Shown: positions 8,204 to 17,938 of the stretch, in pieces
Numbering within the stretch: position 1 is the stretch's first letter
Layout: each line of letters opens with the position of its first letter
Virus record (IMG/VR): IMGVR_UViG_3300025066_000039
Span: 1-52,774 of that record
Length of the DNA stretch: 52,774 bases
DNA from: a virus
Lineage: Duplodnaviria; Caudoviricetes
Reading direction: 5' to 3' (one strand)
Position numbers and translations under genes: made by a program
The notes under the pieces: model-generated
What the model saw: only the letters and a program-made list of their open reading frames with translations
Database searches by the model: none
Told to the model about the DNA's origin: nothing

Positions 8204-11200
8204 ATGTATAGCGGTAAATCATGTTGTTGTGACTGTGGGGATAAATTCTGTAAAGGAACTGAATATTTCTATGATGATACCAGTATAGGTTGCCCTATTT
8301 GCGCGGTCGGAATAAGTTCAATGGCCGGTGGTACTTTCGCTTGGCCGGGTGCAGAACCAAAACATAAAATGCCTAATTCCGATCCGTGGGATGGAGATGA
8401 TCTTTTTATAGGAGAACCCTGTTGGTCGTCTGATGTGTGTGAGGATTATCATGAATGCGTTGATGATATGTTCCCCCCACATTATTATCAACTTCTTTCT
8501 CCTATGGGACCTCTTCCTTGGACTCCCCAAGCATTTGAAGATTGGATAGACAATTATCACGGTCCATTAGTTCCAAAGGGCGATTGTACAATGCACTGTA
8601 CAGAAGAAAATATTGGATGTCATAAAATTGCATTTGTTGGTGCATTAGGTTATCAAGATAATATTGATGGTATGGCCCACTTAACCATACCACCTTATCC
8701 TAGTAGTACTGAAAATGTTTATGATAATTGCGAAAATTGGAAATGGATAAGAAATTGGGTTGTTGATGGTGGAAAATTAGTAATCATGATTGATCCAACT
8801 TATGGAAGTTGGACCAATTCGTGGTGTCTTGATCAAGACACTGGAAAGGATTTGGGATGTTGGTTAGACTGTATAGACCACCCCGAAGATTGTTTATGTG
8901 ATTGCGATTGGCCTTCTTCAGACGAAGTTGTTACTGATGTTGTTGAAGAAGATTTTAGGCGGTTTGCTCATTTCTGTGCAACATCAGAGGAAGAATGGCA
9001 GGCAGGATGTAATGCACACGATGAGCAAGGATGCATCGGGGTGCCTATAGGAGATGGTCTCTTTAATATTGTTCCTGAAACTGAATTTTATTATTCAGAA
9101 ATAGTACATTATCAGGATGGTGACGGGAATATTCATGATGACTATATGAATCTTCCTGAAGGTATAACCCTCGACAAGTATATTCCGTGTTGTCAACAAA
9201 CAATTAAGCCGTTTGTTAAAGACGGTGAAGATAGTGGGGGCAATTCAACCGGCGTTGTTCCACTTTCCTTTAGAACTAATGAGGCTGCACCACTTTATCC
9301 TGTCAACGAAGGTGTCGGAATAGTGGGATCGTGTGGTAAATCGGGCCAGGATCCTAACCCATGGTCAAACGCATGCACGGTTGTATATAAACAACACGGT
9401 AAAGGTGCAGTTGTTGTTATTTATGATTACACGGTGTGGGGCACTTATCAAATGAACTCGAATGTTTTCCCACCGAGAGATAATTTTGTTAATGGACTTA
9501 CTGAAGAAGAAAATAAACTAATGGCGTGCAACAACGATTTCTGGACATTTTTGTGTCAAGATTTTTTGCAAGAAGAAGGATATTCGCCTTCTAGTTGTTC
9601 AGAGCCTATCTTTTGGGACAATAAAGGTCCAGATTATGAGGGAAATGAATGTCTACCAAAAGCCGCATGCTGTAAACCAGACGGAACATGTGCTGATTTG
9701 AATGTGTGGGAGTGTGGGGCAATACCGCTGTCAACTTATCATGGTTGGCAATCAAAGAGCGATTGTACTTCCTCATCCACTTGTATTGGTTGTGATGGTG
9801 ATGGGGAAGGGACTTCTTGCAACACTTGTGCAGATATTGGTGGTGGGTGTGAAGAAGCAAAAAAAGGTGCATGTTGTCATTGTGCTGAAGGAAGTTGTCC
9901 AGAATCTCCTGAAGATGATTCATGCCCATTTGGATATTGCGAACAGTTATTTGGAAATATATGTGTAGAGGGCGAAGAGAAATGTTGTTGTGTTGATGGA
10001 CAGTGTATTCCAGAAGATGAAGATTGCGGAGGCATAGACACGGATGTTTGTTGGCCTACAAATGAATGTTCGACACATGAACGATGTATGAGACATGATG
10101 GGAGTGATTCAACTTCGTGGCCGTCGTGCTACAACGATAATTGCTGTGAACTTGTTTGTAGAGGGTGGTATTGGGAAGACCCGGACGGTTTGACGGGCCC
10201 TGAAGGGTGGACGCCACATCACACATATCAAAATATGCCCATTCCAGCTGGAATAGATCCTTCGGAAGAGACCATTGAGATGTTTAGGGTATTATGCGAA
10301 GATGATGGAGTGTGGTTATATGATAATGAGAACGAAATTATCGGAATAACTTGGGATGGGGGAGATGATGTCGCAGGCAATCAAACATATGGCGTCTTGG
10401 AAATGGAATCGTGTAATATGCATGGAACTTTTAATCCTGAATGGGGTGCTGGTTTTGCTCATAAGCATCCTTGGCCGGGATGGCAAGGAACTTATGAAAG
10501 CAGAAGGTGGTCGGGACGAGGTATCGTTTCAACAACCCCATTTCACCCAACGGTGCCTGCTTATACCTGTGGGTATTGGTCCAGTTTGGATAGAACTTGT
10601 AAACCGCCCGAAGAACACCCCGATTGGGATACATTGATACATGGTCATTCAGCAACTGTAAAATGGATAGACGGTGAACAAATCCCATGTAATGGTTACT
10701 ATACAGATGAGAATGATAATATTGTTCTACAGCCTCCATGTGGATATCCGTTGGATTATGCCAACTGGGGATGTGATGGATGTTGCACACCATACGGCAA
10801 TTGTTGTACGGGGACTTGGATGGCCTTTGAACCACTCAATGAAGAAGGAGAATCTCCCCCATATGAAGTTGGTATTGGAAGCACAGCAGACGGGAACTTC
10901 TACAAGGGTGGATGTGGTATAAGAAGACAGTTTGATTGTGATACTTTTCGTGGCAACCTTAATTGGCAAGGTGGCACGGGAGAATATTCATATGGAGAGA
11001 AATGGAGTGTAGAAATAATTGATGGGGTAGAAAGACACTATTACCACCACAAAGCGTACAACCAAGGCAATCCAACACTACCCGGCCTAACATATGATGC
11101 TGTGATGTTCAACGAGTGGCATGGTATTGTTGAAGGTTCTCCAAACTGTGATGATGGAACAAGTTGGCTTCCATACGAAAAACTTGATGATATTATACGA

Positions 11201-14200
11201 GGAGAAGGGGCAACCGGCAGTATTTGTTACTCCTGTGAACAAAATAGTGATTGTGAAGTAGAAGGCGAATGTTGCCATAAACAATTACTCGGCGATGGCT
11301 CGTGGGATTCACTGGGATGTCTGCCCTGTTGGCCAGAGCATCCATATGGTTCGACTGATTGCCAGGCCTTCTCTGGTACAGAGGGTGGCAGTTATTTCGA
11401 CAGAAACCCATACGGATGTCCTTGTTATAATAACAATGATTGTTGTCAGTGTCAAAGCACAGACCCAGACGGTCTTGGAATCACTGGTGCTAATAATTAT
11501 GACCCAGACTGCGATTGCAATTGTAAATGCCAGGCTTCAGATCCATCGGGTGAGAATTATAGTGCGACATGTCGGTGTGAAGGGGAAACTGGAGAGAATA
11601 AACCATACTGCTCGATGATGGTGCCAGACGAATGGGATGTGCCAGGAAATTGGCCTATCAAGTCCGATTTTAAATGTGTTCAATGTTTATCAGATAGTCA
11701 TTGTGATGCAGACCAGTGTTGTGAGCATGGTACTTGTAAAGATCCAGAGGAAGTGTCATGTTTTAGTGATGATGATTGTTGTTTTTTAGCACCATGTTGT
11801 TCCGTGTATCCAACCCCATGTGGTGAAGATGGAGCATCGAACCCTTCAGGCACTTGTTCAGTTTGTCAAGAATGTGATAGAAATGAAGATTGTTTTGATC
11901 ATCACTGTTGCAACGATGGAACATGTGGTACTTGCATTCCTTGTGCGCCGGGTTCTTCGGGCGGATGCCTTCCGGGTAGGGGATGGAATGAACCATGCCA
12001 AGAGGATGAACAATGTGCAGGTGATATGTGTTGCCGTAATAATATAGTTCTTCCAAGTGAAATACATGGTCGATGTTGGGATTGTGAAGGGGTTAATCCA
12101 TATACACAACCTTGTGAGCCATGTGGATTAACAGGTACTTGTTGTGTCAGGGGATTATCGGGCCCCACATCAACGGTGCCATCATGGCGATGTCGCGACG
12201 ATGATGGAGAAGGGTTGAGGTGGTTAGAGTGTCGTAATATGCCAAGTTGGCAACCATTAAATGGAGAATATGCACCATCCGTTGATGATACTGACTATAG
12301 GTGGACTAGCCAAATCGATAGATGTGAAGATGTATTAATTGTTGACATTAATGGAGAACCCATTGAGTACAACTTATGCGGAATGTCAAACAGTGAGTTT
12401 TCTCAAATTCAGTATAAACCAGGACGACTTGATTGGGACGGAGATTGTTTACCTTGTCAATCAAATTGTCCATATGGATTCTTTTGTTCTCAGTTTGGTC
12501 CTACGGGGTCTTATGCTTCTGGTTTAACAGAAGATCCCAGAGTTTGTCGGCCATATGATGATTTTTGTTGGGGGTCTACTGCTGAAGGAATGACGGCCGA
12601 CAGTGCTTGCTCCTCTTGCAACTCAGAAGTTATTCCAGGTAATTATGATTGTGTGCAATGTAGTGGTGAATGGGATTTTGATGATTATGATGGAGTGACT
12701 GGTGATTGTCAACTTGGTTGTTCGACTTCTGGTTATGTAATGATTGATGGAACTACTGGTGCTTGTTGTATTCGTGGATTTAATCATCTACATGCTGGCA
12801 TATGTGAAGATTTAACTTATGATGCATGCCTTGCAAAAGGTATAATAGAAGAAAATTATGGAGAACCTGATATTGCATGGTATGGAATAAACACGAAATG
12901 TGATGATGTTGCTACAGAAGAAGGTAAATTATGTCCAGAAGGATATTGTTGTGATTGTGATACACCTGTACACAATCACCCACAAGAGCCGGAGTTTGGG
13001 TGGGGTTCGGACGGCCACGGACCATTATGGCCTGAATATGGTTGTGACAATAGTTGGATGTGGCATTATGATAGTGGGCACAGTGGTGATCATCCATGGC
13101 GTTTTACACACGATATTTTGTATAAAGTTGATGATGGTGCAATCTGTGGTGAATTTGAAGACGCCGATGATAACGGTTATAAAGCCCCAATTCCAATTGA
13201 ATGTGAATCTTTTTGTTGTGGTGTTGGAGGCGGAGTCTTCGGCTACAAGTATGATGATACTTGCAACAATAATTGGCCAAATATGTGCGAGGATTTGCCC
13301 GACAGCTGGGGAATTCCTGAGTGTTTGTGCGATGACGGCACTTTAAAGGATGGTGCAGTATGTGGCGAAGTTCGATATTGTGGGGATTATGTTTCACCAG
13401 AACATCTCAGTGATATTGCAGAGTGGACTTGTGAATGTGACAATGCAATCATTAAAAATTGGCAAGGGGAAGCCCATGTTATTCGAGAAGATACAATGAA
13501 TTGTTTTTGCCCATTCAATTGCCTTGAAAACAGAGATAATCCATGTGGCGATTGGGTTGGTGGTGGTAATTGCCAGAATGAATGGGCGAATTATAGTTTT
13601 ACTTGTACTGGTGCATGTAGTACCCCTCTTGGTGCATGTTGCCACGGTTCGTCTGAGAGGTCATGTAGTATAATGTCTCAAGCAGATTGTGAAGAATTGT
13701 CGATAGTGGAATGGGAGTATTATGCTCATACATGGCCGTATGAGCAAGATGTCAATAGTTGGCCATCGAATCCAGATACAAGGAACAATCAAATAACATA
13801 TTTCTATGAAGGACTATGGTGTGACCAAATTCCAGAAGGTTCTCCTTGCATGGATTATGCAGAGAAGATTAAATGTCATGAATGCAATCATGATGGTGAT
13901 TGTATACACACACATTCCGATACTTGGAGTTTCAATATTGAAACCCCATCGTGCCGAGAAAATGAATTTGGTATTCGTAAATGTAGTAGTACCATATGGT
14001 GTAATCAGCCTGAGTTAGTGATTGGCTTTGAATGGTGCGCGTCGGCGGGAAATATATGCGAAGAAGGAGAAAAATGTTGTCACGACACGCGGGAATGTGT
14101 TTCAATCGAGGAAGATTGTGACTGTGGACTGTGGTGTCAATTAACTGGGCAAGGATGTTGTGGTTTAAATGGTAAATGTGGAGAATGTGATCCAGACTGT

Positions 14201-16018
14201 TCTCCACATGGTAAATGTTGTTCAAATATCATATGGGAGGAATCCCGTGAAGAATATTCTAATACTTTTTGCACCAGACAACAAAGACTAGCGGGTGAGT
14301 GTTGTACACAGGATAGGACAGATGGGGGAGATGGATGTTTAGAAAACGAAAATATGTCCCCGATTAAAATATTTGCTAATGTGTGTACCGATTGTTTAGG
14401 TGAATGTTATGCATCTGGGCATCATACTGGTTCGGTGACTCATCCAAATACTACAATGTATGATGAAGAATATTTATTTCCGAACGATATTAATCCCAAT
14501 TGTGAATGGGACGGTTGCACCGAAGTCACAAACATATATGATTGCTGTTGGAGATGTGAACACGAAGATCCACTGGGTGATAGGAAAGTTCGCGAACTCA
14601 ACGGAAAAATCGTTCCTTGGTATTTCACACCTGAACCCATATGTTCTAGTTGGCAAACGGATAACGAAAATTGCCCTTGCTATGAAATTCACGGTTGCTA
14701 CGAGAGCTGTTGCCAATCCCCCGGCCTTGAAGGTGGTGACCAATCTTGTTGTCCGTATTGCGCGCATTGGGTATGCAGTGGTTGGAATGTACCAACATGT
14801 GAAGAACTGTGTATAGACACAGATTCTCTCTGGTATAACCCAGAGGATGACCAATGCCAAACTTGTGAATGTTTACATATTAAGGCAGAACACCTCGGAG
14901 AATCTTTGTGTCCAGATACGGGGGCATGTTTTGATCATACATGTTATCCAAAATGGTATGGAGATGTAAGTGAAGGACAATGTGATGGTGGTGGGTGTGG
15001 TGCAACTGGAGAATGCAGTGCCGCAGGATATTTAACATATGAACCTTTTATTGTCGGTGAAATTGCAGAAGAAACGGACATTTTGTGGTGTGCCGAGATG
15101 TTTGGAAATATATGTTCGACAGGTGGCACAGGACCGGCTGATGATGAGAAATGTTGCTTCAATGGAGAATGTATTCCAGCTGGCGAAAGTTGTACAGGTT
15201 TTCCTTCCGCGGAGTGGATATATTCTCCTGATTGCGAAAATTGTCAGACGATTTATGATGGTCTTACTGGGCAGTATGCATGGTTAGATAAAAATTTACC
15301 AAATTTAAATGGCAGTATATGTGGGGAAATTGATCCTGTTCCTATAATGCCTTGTGATGATTGTTCTCTCCTTAAAGACTATGATCCTTGTTATAGTAAC
15401 AGGCCAAGGTCTGAAGGTGGTGATGGGCACTGGGCGGGTGGCACATGTATTAAACCTAATGGTGAATGTGGACCTTGTTCTAATTTTTGTGAGGGATGTG
15501 GCCCCTGTGAATGCGAAACAGATGAAGATTGTCCAGAAGGTATGGTTTGCACCGATAGTGGTGTATGTAAATCTGAGGATTTGTCTTGTGTGGTAAGTGA
15601 TGATTGTGATAATGATGAGATGTGCTGTTTGAATGAAAAATGTGTTGAGTGTGATTCTCTTTGTGAAACTCATGAGGATTGTCCAGAAGGTATGGTTTGT
15701 ATAAACGGACAATGTGTTGAAGGAATATTATGCGAAACAGATGAAGATTGTTGGGAACATGGATTGTGTTGTAGTGGTTATAATGAAGGATATAAAGTTT
15801 GCGAAGAATGTGATATAGAATGTGCTACAAACATTGACTGTCCCTATGGGTTGTGTTGTAGTCCTGATGAAGCAACTGGAGCAATGAAGTGTGTGGATTG
15901 TGGGTGTAGTTGTTTAGGAGAAATGTATCAACATGAGTGCTGTATGCAATCAAATGATATCACATCTGGCCAGATGTGTTGGAAAGAAGACGAAGATTGT
16001 AGCACATGCACACCATAA
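8204..16018 (+). CDS. Giant Cys-rich acidic repeat protein (2604 aa), predicted baseplate/appendage protein; N-terminal GATase-like/DUF4350-type domain, GACC and CxxDxDC repeats
   Basis: Uninterrupted 7.8-kb ORF; WVVDGGKLVI...HGKGAVVVIYD...NNDFW; tandem CETDEDCPEGMVC-type repeats at the C-terminus. Confidence 0.8.
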   Translation: MYSGKSCCCDCGDKFCKGTEYFYDDTSIGCPICAVGISSMAGGTFAWPGAEPKHKMPNSDPWDGDDLFIGEPCWSSDVCEDYHECVDDMFPPHYYQLLSPMGPLPWTPQAFEDWIDNYHGPLVPKGDCTMHCTEENIGCHKIAFVGALGYQDNIDGMAHLTIPPYPSSTENVYDNCENWKWIRNWVVDGGKLVIMIDPTYGSWTNSWCLDQDTGKDLGCWLDCIDHPEDCLCDCDWPSSDEVVTDVVEEDFRRFAHFCATSEEEWQAGCNAHDEQGCIGVPIGDGLFNIVPETEFYYSEIVHYQDGDGNIHDDYMNLPEGITLDKYIPCCQQTIKPFVKDGEDSGGNSTGVVPLSFRTNEAAPLYPVNEGVGIVGSCGKSGQDPNPWSNACTVVYKQHGKGAVVVIYDYTVWGTYQMNSNVFPPRDNFVNGLTEEENKLMACNNDFWTFLCQDFLQEEGYSPSSCSEPIFWDNKGPDYEGNECLPKAACCKPDGTCADLNVWECGAIPLSTYHGWQSKSDCTSSSTCIGCDGDGEGTSCNTCADIGGGCEEAKKGACCHCAEGSCPESPEDDSCPFGYCEQLFGNICVEGEEKCCCVDGQCIPEDEDCGGIDTDVCWPTNECSTHERCMRHDGSDSTSWPSCYNDNCCELVCRGWYWEDPDGLTGPEGWTPHHTYQNMPIPAGIDPSEETIEMFRVLCEDDGVWLYDNENEIIGITWDGGDDVAGNQTYGVLEMESCNMHGTFNPEWGAGFAHKHPWPGWQGTYESRRWSGRGIVSTTPFHPTVPAYTCGYWSSLDRTCKPPEEHPDWDTLIHGHSATVKWIDGEQIPCNGYYTDENDNIVLQPPCGYPLDYANWGCDGCCTPYGNCCTGTWMAFEPLNEEGESPPYEVGIGSTADGNFYKGGCGIRRQFDCDTFRGNLNWQGGTGEYSYGEKWSVEIIDGVERHYYHHKAYNQGNPTLPGLTYDAVMFNEWHGIVEGSPNCDDGTSWLPYEKLDDIIRGEGATGSICYSCEQNSDCEVEGECCHKQLLGDGSWDSLGCLPCWPEHPYGSTDCQAFSGTEGGSYFDRNPYGCPCYNNNDCCQCQSTDPDGLGITGANNYDPDCDCNCKCQASDPSGENYSATCRCEGETGENKPYCSMMVPDEWDVPGNWPIKSDFKCVQCLSDSHCDADQCCEHGTCKDPEEVSCFSDDDCCFLAPCCSVYPTPCGEDGASNPSGTCSVCQECDRNEDCFDHHCCNDGTCGTCIPCAPGSSGGCLPGRGWNEPCQEDEQCAGDMCCRNNIVLPSEIHGRCWDCEGVNPYTQPCEPCGLTGTCCVRGLSGPTSTVPSWRCRDDDGEGLRWLECRNMPSWQPLNGEYAPSVDDTDYRWTSQIDRCEDVLIVDINGEPIEYNLCGMSNSEFSQIQYKPGRLDWDGDCLPCQSNCPYGFFCSQFGPTGSYASGLTEDPRVCRPYDDFCWGSTAEGMTADSACSSCNSEVIPGNYDCVQCSGEWDFDDYDGVTGDCQLGCSTSGYVMIDGTTGACCIRGFNHLHAGICEDLTYDACLAKGIIEENYGEPDIAWYGINTKCDDVATEEGKLCPEGYCCDCDTPVHNHPQEPEFGWGSDGHGPLWPEYGCDNSWMWHYDSGHSGDHPWRFTHDILYKVDDGAICGEFEDADDNGYKAPIPIECESFCCGVGGGVFGYKYDDTCNNNWPNMCEDLPDSWGIPECLCDDGTLKDGAVCGEVRYCGDYVSPEHLSDIAEWTCECDNAIIKNWQGEAHVIREDTMNCFCPFNCLENRDNPCGDWVGGGNCQNEWANYSFTCTGACSTPLGACCHGSSERSCSIMSQADCEELSIVEWEYYAHTWPYEQDVNSWPSNPDTRNNQITYFYEGLWCDQIPEGSPCMDYAEKIKCHECNHDGDCIHTHSDTWSFNIETPSCRENEFGIRKCSSTIWCNQPELVIGFEWCASAGNICEEGEKCCHDTRECVSIEEDCDCGLWCQLTGQGCCGLNGKCGECDPDCSPHGKCCSNIIWEESREEYSNTFCTRQQRLAGECCTQDRTDGGDGCLENENMSPIKIFANVCTDCLGECYASGHHTGSVTHPNTTMYDEEYLFPNDINPNCEWDGCTEVTNIYDCCWRCEHEDPLGDRKVRELNGKIVPWYFTPEPICSSWQTDNENCPCYEIHGCYESCCQSPGLEGGDQSCCPYCAHWVCSGWNVPTCEELCIDTDSLWYNPEDDQCQTCECLHIKAEHLGESLCPDTGACFDHTCYPKWYGDVSEGQCDGGGCGATGECSAAGYLTYEPFIVGEIAEETDILWCAEMFGNICSTGGTGPADDEKCCFNGECIPAGESCTGFPSAEWIYSPDCENCQTIYDGLTGQYAWLDKNLPNLNGSICGEIDPVPIMPCDDCSLLKDYDPCYSNRPRSEGGDGHWAGGTCIKPNGECGPCSNFCEGCGPCECETDEDCPEGMVCTDSGVCKSEDLSCVVSDDCDNDEMCCLNEKCVECDSLCETHEDCPEGMVCINGQCVEGILCETDEDCWEHGLCCSGYNEGYKVCEECDIECATNIDCPYGLCCSPDEATGAMKCVDCGCSCLGEMYQHECCMQSNDITSGQMCWKEDEDCSTCTP
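15694..15751 (+). repeat. Dispersed repeat copy A (shared with 36485-36545)
   Basis: GGTTTGTATAAACGGACAATGTGTTG-AAGGAATATTATGCGAAACAGATGAAGATTGT. Confidence 0.9.
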
Positions 16019-16482
16019 GAATCAAACATGGAAGGGAAGTTGTGATTTCAGATAAGGAAGATAAATTTATAGTAATATATAATAGAACTCATCCAAAAAC
16101 ATATGGGTTATATACCATGCTCCTCATGGTTAAATGTAAAAAAACAGATAATGTTGTTGTAGACTTCTATAACAACTATATTCAAGCCAGAACAGGAAAT
16201 GAGTCTGTTGGAACGACTATGACAATGATGAAAGGCATATTTGAAGATGTATTAGAATACATTGAAACATATAGTCCATCTAGCATGACTTTTACTTTAG
16301 AGTTAAATAAACACAAAAAGGCTAAAAAATATAAAAACAAATTTGCCAGAGAACAGATATTCACAACAATAGCAAATAGACTTAAAAAGAAGACAGGACA
16401 TTCTTATGATAAAATTATCACACAAAAACCCCGTAACAGATATCAAGTTAAATTTAACATAATATACAACGATTCATTATAA
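16006..16482 (+). CDS. Hypothetical basic protein (158 aa), start uncertain
   Basis: Fills the gap between flanking genes; Lys-rich and Cys-poor, unlike its neighbours. Confidence 0.6.
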   Translation: MHTIRIKHGREVVISDKEDKFIVIYNRTHPKTYGLYTMLLMVKCKKTDNVVVDFYNNYIQARTGNESVGTTMTMMKGIFEDVLEYIETYSPSSMTFTLELNKHKKAKKYKNKFAREQIFTTIANRLKKKTGHSYDKIITQKPRNRYQVKFNIIYNDSL

Positions 16483-16485
16483 ATA
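16478..16485 (+). promoter_or_regulatory. T4-type late promoter TATAAATA
   Basis: Perfect consensus 9 nt before the 16495 start. Confidence 0.7.
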
Positions 16486-16494
16486 TAAAGACAC

Positions 16495-17406
16495 ATGGAT
16501 AAAAAAGTATTAATATCAAGATTGTCCGACTATGCAAATAAAACACATGTCGGACCCGACTATTCAACTAAAGCATGGTCGGTCAGAAAGCAAATAACTC
16601 ATGGCCACGATGCTATATGGGACAAATATCCCTGCGCGAATCCAGAAGGGCCAGTAGACAATTCTGATTGTGGTGATGATAATCCTTTGTGCAATTGTCC
16701 ATGTAAGGAATTAATGCCGGATTCTGATGAACAGATTGAAAGAATCAATAGTTCTATAAATGAAAATGATGGTAGTTTCTGGAATACTCTTTTCGGGGAA
16801 GGCATTGGTGGATTTTTAGGTGACTTCTTCGGTGGATTGTTCGGTGATGATGAAGGCGATGGAGTAAGTAAAGAAAATCTTGTCGAACCAACATATGAAG
16901 AAATTGAGGAAGCAAAACAAAGCATTAAGGAATGTGATTATATCTTAGAAGCACTTCCCGATGGTGAAGATTGGTTAGGATGTATATGGCATAATGATGA
17001 TCATCCAAGTAGTTGTAATTGTCCTTGTGTTGGGAAAAGATTTGGCGAATATCTTCAATATACAAGAATGCAATCAACATATTGGGATACTCCTCCACAA
17101 CAACCATTGTGGCGAAATGCTCAAATGGGTTTAATTACCTCTAATAAACTGTCTATAAATATTCATGGCGATTTGACATTAAGACCTGGAACTATGGTTT
17201 TTGTTAGAGATTTTAGTGGTGATGGCACCACATTATCTAAAATTGGTGGTAGGTGGTTAGTAGAATCAATTATTCATAATATAGGTGCATTTCCTGTCGC
17301 ACACGAAATGCAATTAAATCTGATGAGGGATACATCACCAGTTGATTTAAGTGAATCTTCCATATGGGAGGGTATGGCGGATTATCTTAAAAAACTTATA
17401 GGATAA
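16495..17406 (+). CDS. gp27/gpD-like hub C-terminal part with Cys-rich N-terminal extension
   Basis: LSINIHGDLTLRPGTMV...IGGRWLVESIIHNI...MQLNLMRD, the typical closing motif of gp27/gpD/VgrG hub domains. Confidence 0.7.
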   Translation: MDKKVLISRLSDYANKTHVGPDYSTKAWSVRKQITHGHDAIWDKYPCANPEGPVDNSDCGDDNPLCNCPCKELMPDSDEQIERINSSINENDGSFWNTLFGEGIGGFLGDFFGGLFGDDEGDGVSKENLVEPTYEEIEEAKQSIKECDYILEALPDGEDWLGCIWHNDDHPSSCNCPCVGKRFGEYLQYTRMQSTYWDTPPQQPLWRNAQMGLITSNKLSINIHGDLTLRPGTMVFVRDFSGDGTTLSKIGGRWLVESIIHNIGAFPVAHEMQLNLMRDTSPVDLSESSIWEGMADYLKKLIG

Positions 17407-17419
17407 TGTCTGCTCTCTT

Positions 17420-17427
17420 TATACATA
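17420..17427 (+). promoter_or_regulatory. Late promoter variant TATACATA
   Basis: Intergenic, upstream of gp25; recurrent motif in this window. Confidence 0.65.
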
Positions 17428-17466
17428 CAATAAGAGAAATCGAAACACAACGAAGGATTATGAAAT

Positions 17467-17934
17467 ATGGCCCCTGAAAGTATACATACCGATTTAAATA
17501 TTCATTTTAGTAAAAATGAATTTACTAGCGATGTCTCTTTGGTGAAAGATGTATATTCGATAAGGCAATCTTTAATAAATATCATCATGACAATTCCGGG
17601 TGAAAAGCCATTTAGAAGAAATTTTGGCACAAGAATCAATGATTCTTTGTTTGATAATTTTAATTATGTTGACAGTATTCCCATGATACAACAAATAAAA
17701 TTTACCATAGGCCAATTTGAACCCAGAATTAGAGTAGAAGATGTAATAATAAATGATTCACCAATATCCGAAGAAACTCCTATAGTTCCAGGACACCCCG
17801 AATCGGCATCGAGGGCGCAGGTAAGCGATACTAATCAACTATTTTTATACATTTCTTATTTTTTATTAAAACGATCGGTTGGTGGTAGTGCTTTACGAGA
17901 TTCAATCAGCATAGGATTAACAAAAACAAGGTAA
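17467..17934 (+). CDS. gp25: Baseplate wedge subunit gp25
   Basis: DLNIHF..SIRQSLINIIMTIPGEKPFRRNFG..QFEPRIRV. Confidence 0.93.
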   Translation: MAPESIHTDLNIHFSKNEFTSDVSLVKDVYSIRQSLINIIMTIPGEKPFRRNFGTRINDSLFDNFNYVDSIPMIQQIKFTIGQFEPRIRVEDVIINDSPISEETPIVPGHPESASRAQVSDTNQLFLYISYFLLKRSVGGSALRDSISIGLTKTR

Positions 17935-17938
17935 TTAA

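Noticed and set aside
6005-17406. Intein, intron or trans-splicing joining the hub halves
   Set aside because: No intein block motifs (C1...HN-C/S/T), no homing endonuclease and no non-coding space for a group I/II intron; the second half has its own late promoter
17414-17437. Short inverted repeat TCTCTT/AAGAGA around the TATACATA before gp25
   Set aside because: Only 6 bp and does not cover the gp25 SD, so not convincing as a second translational switch
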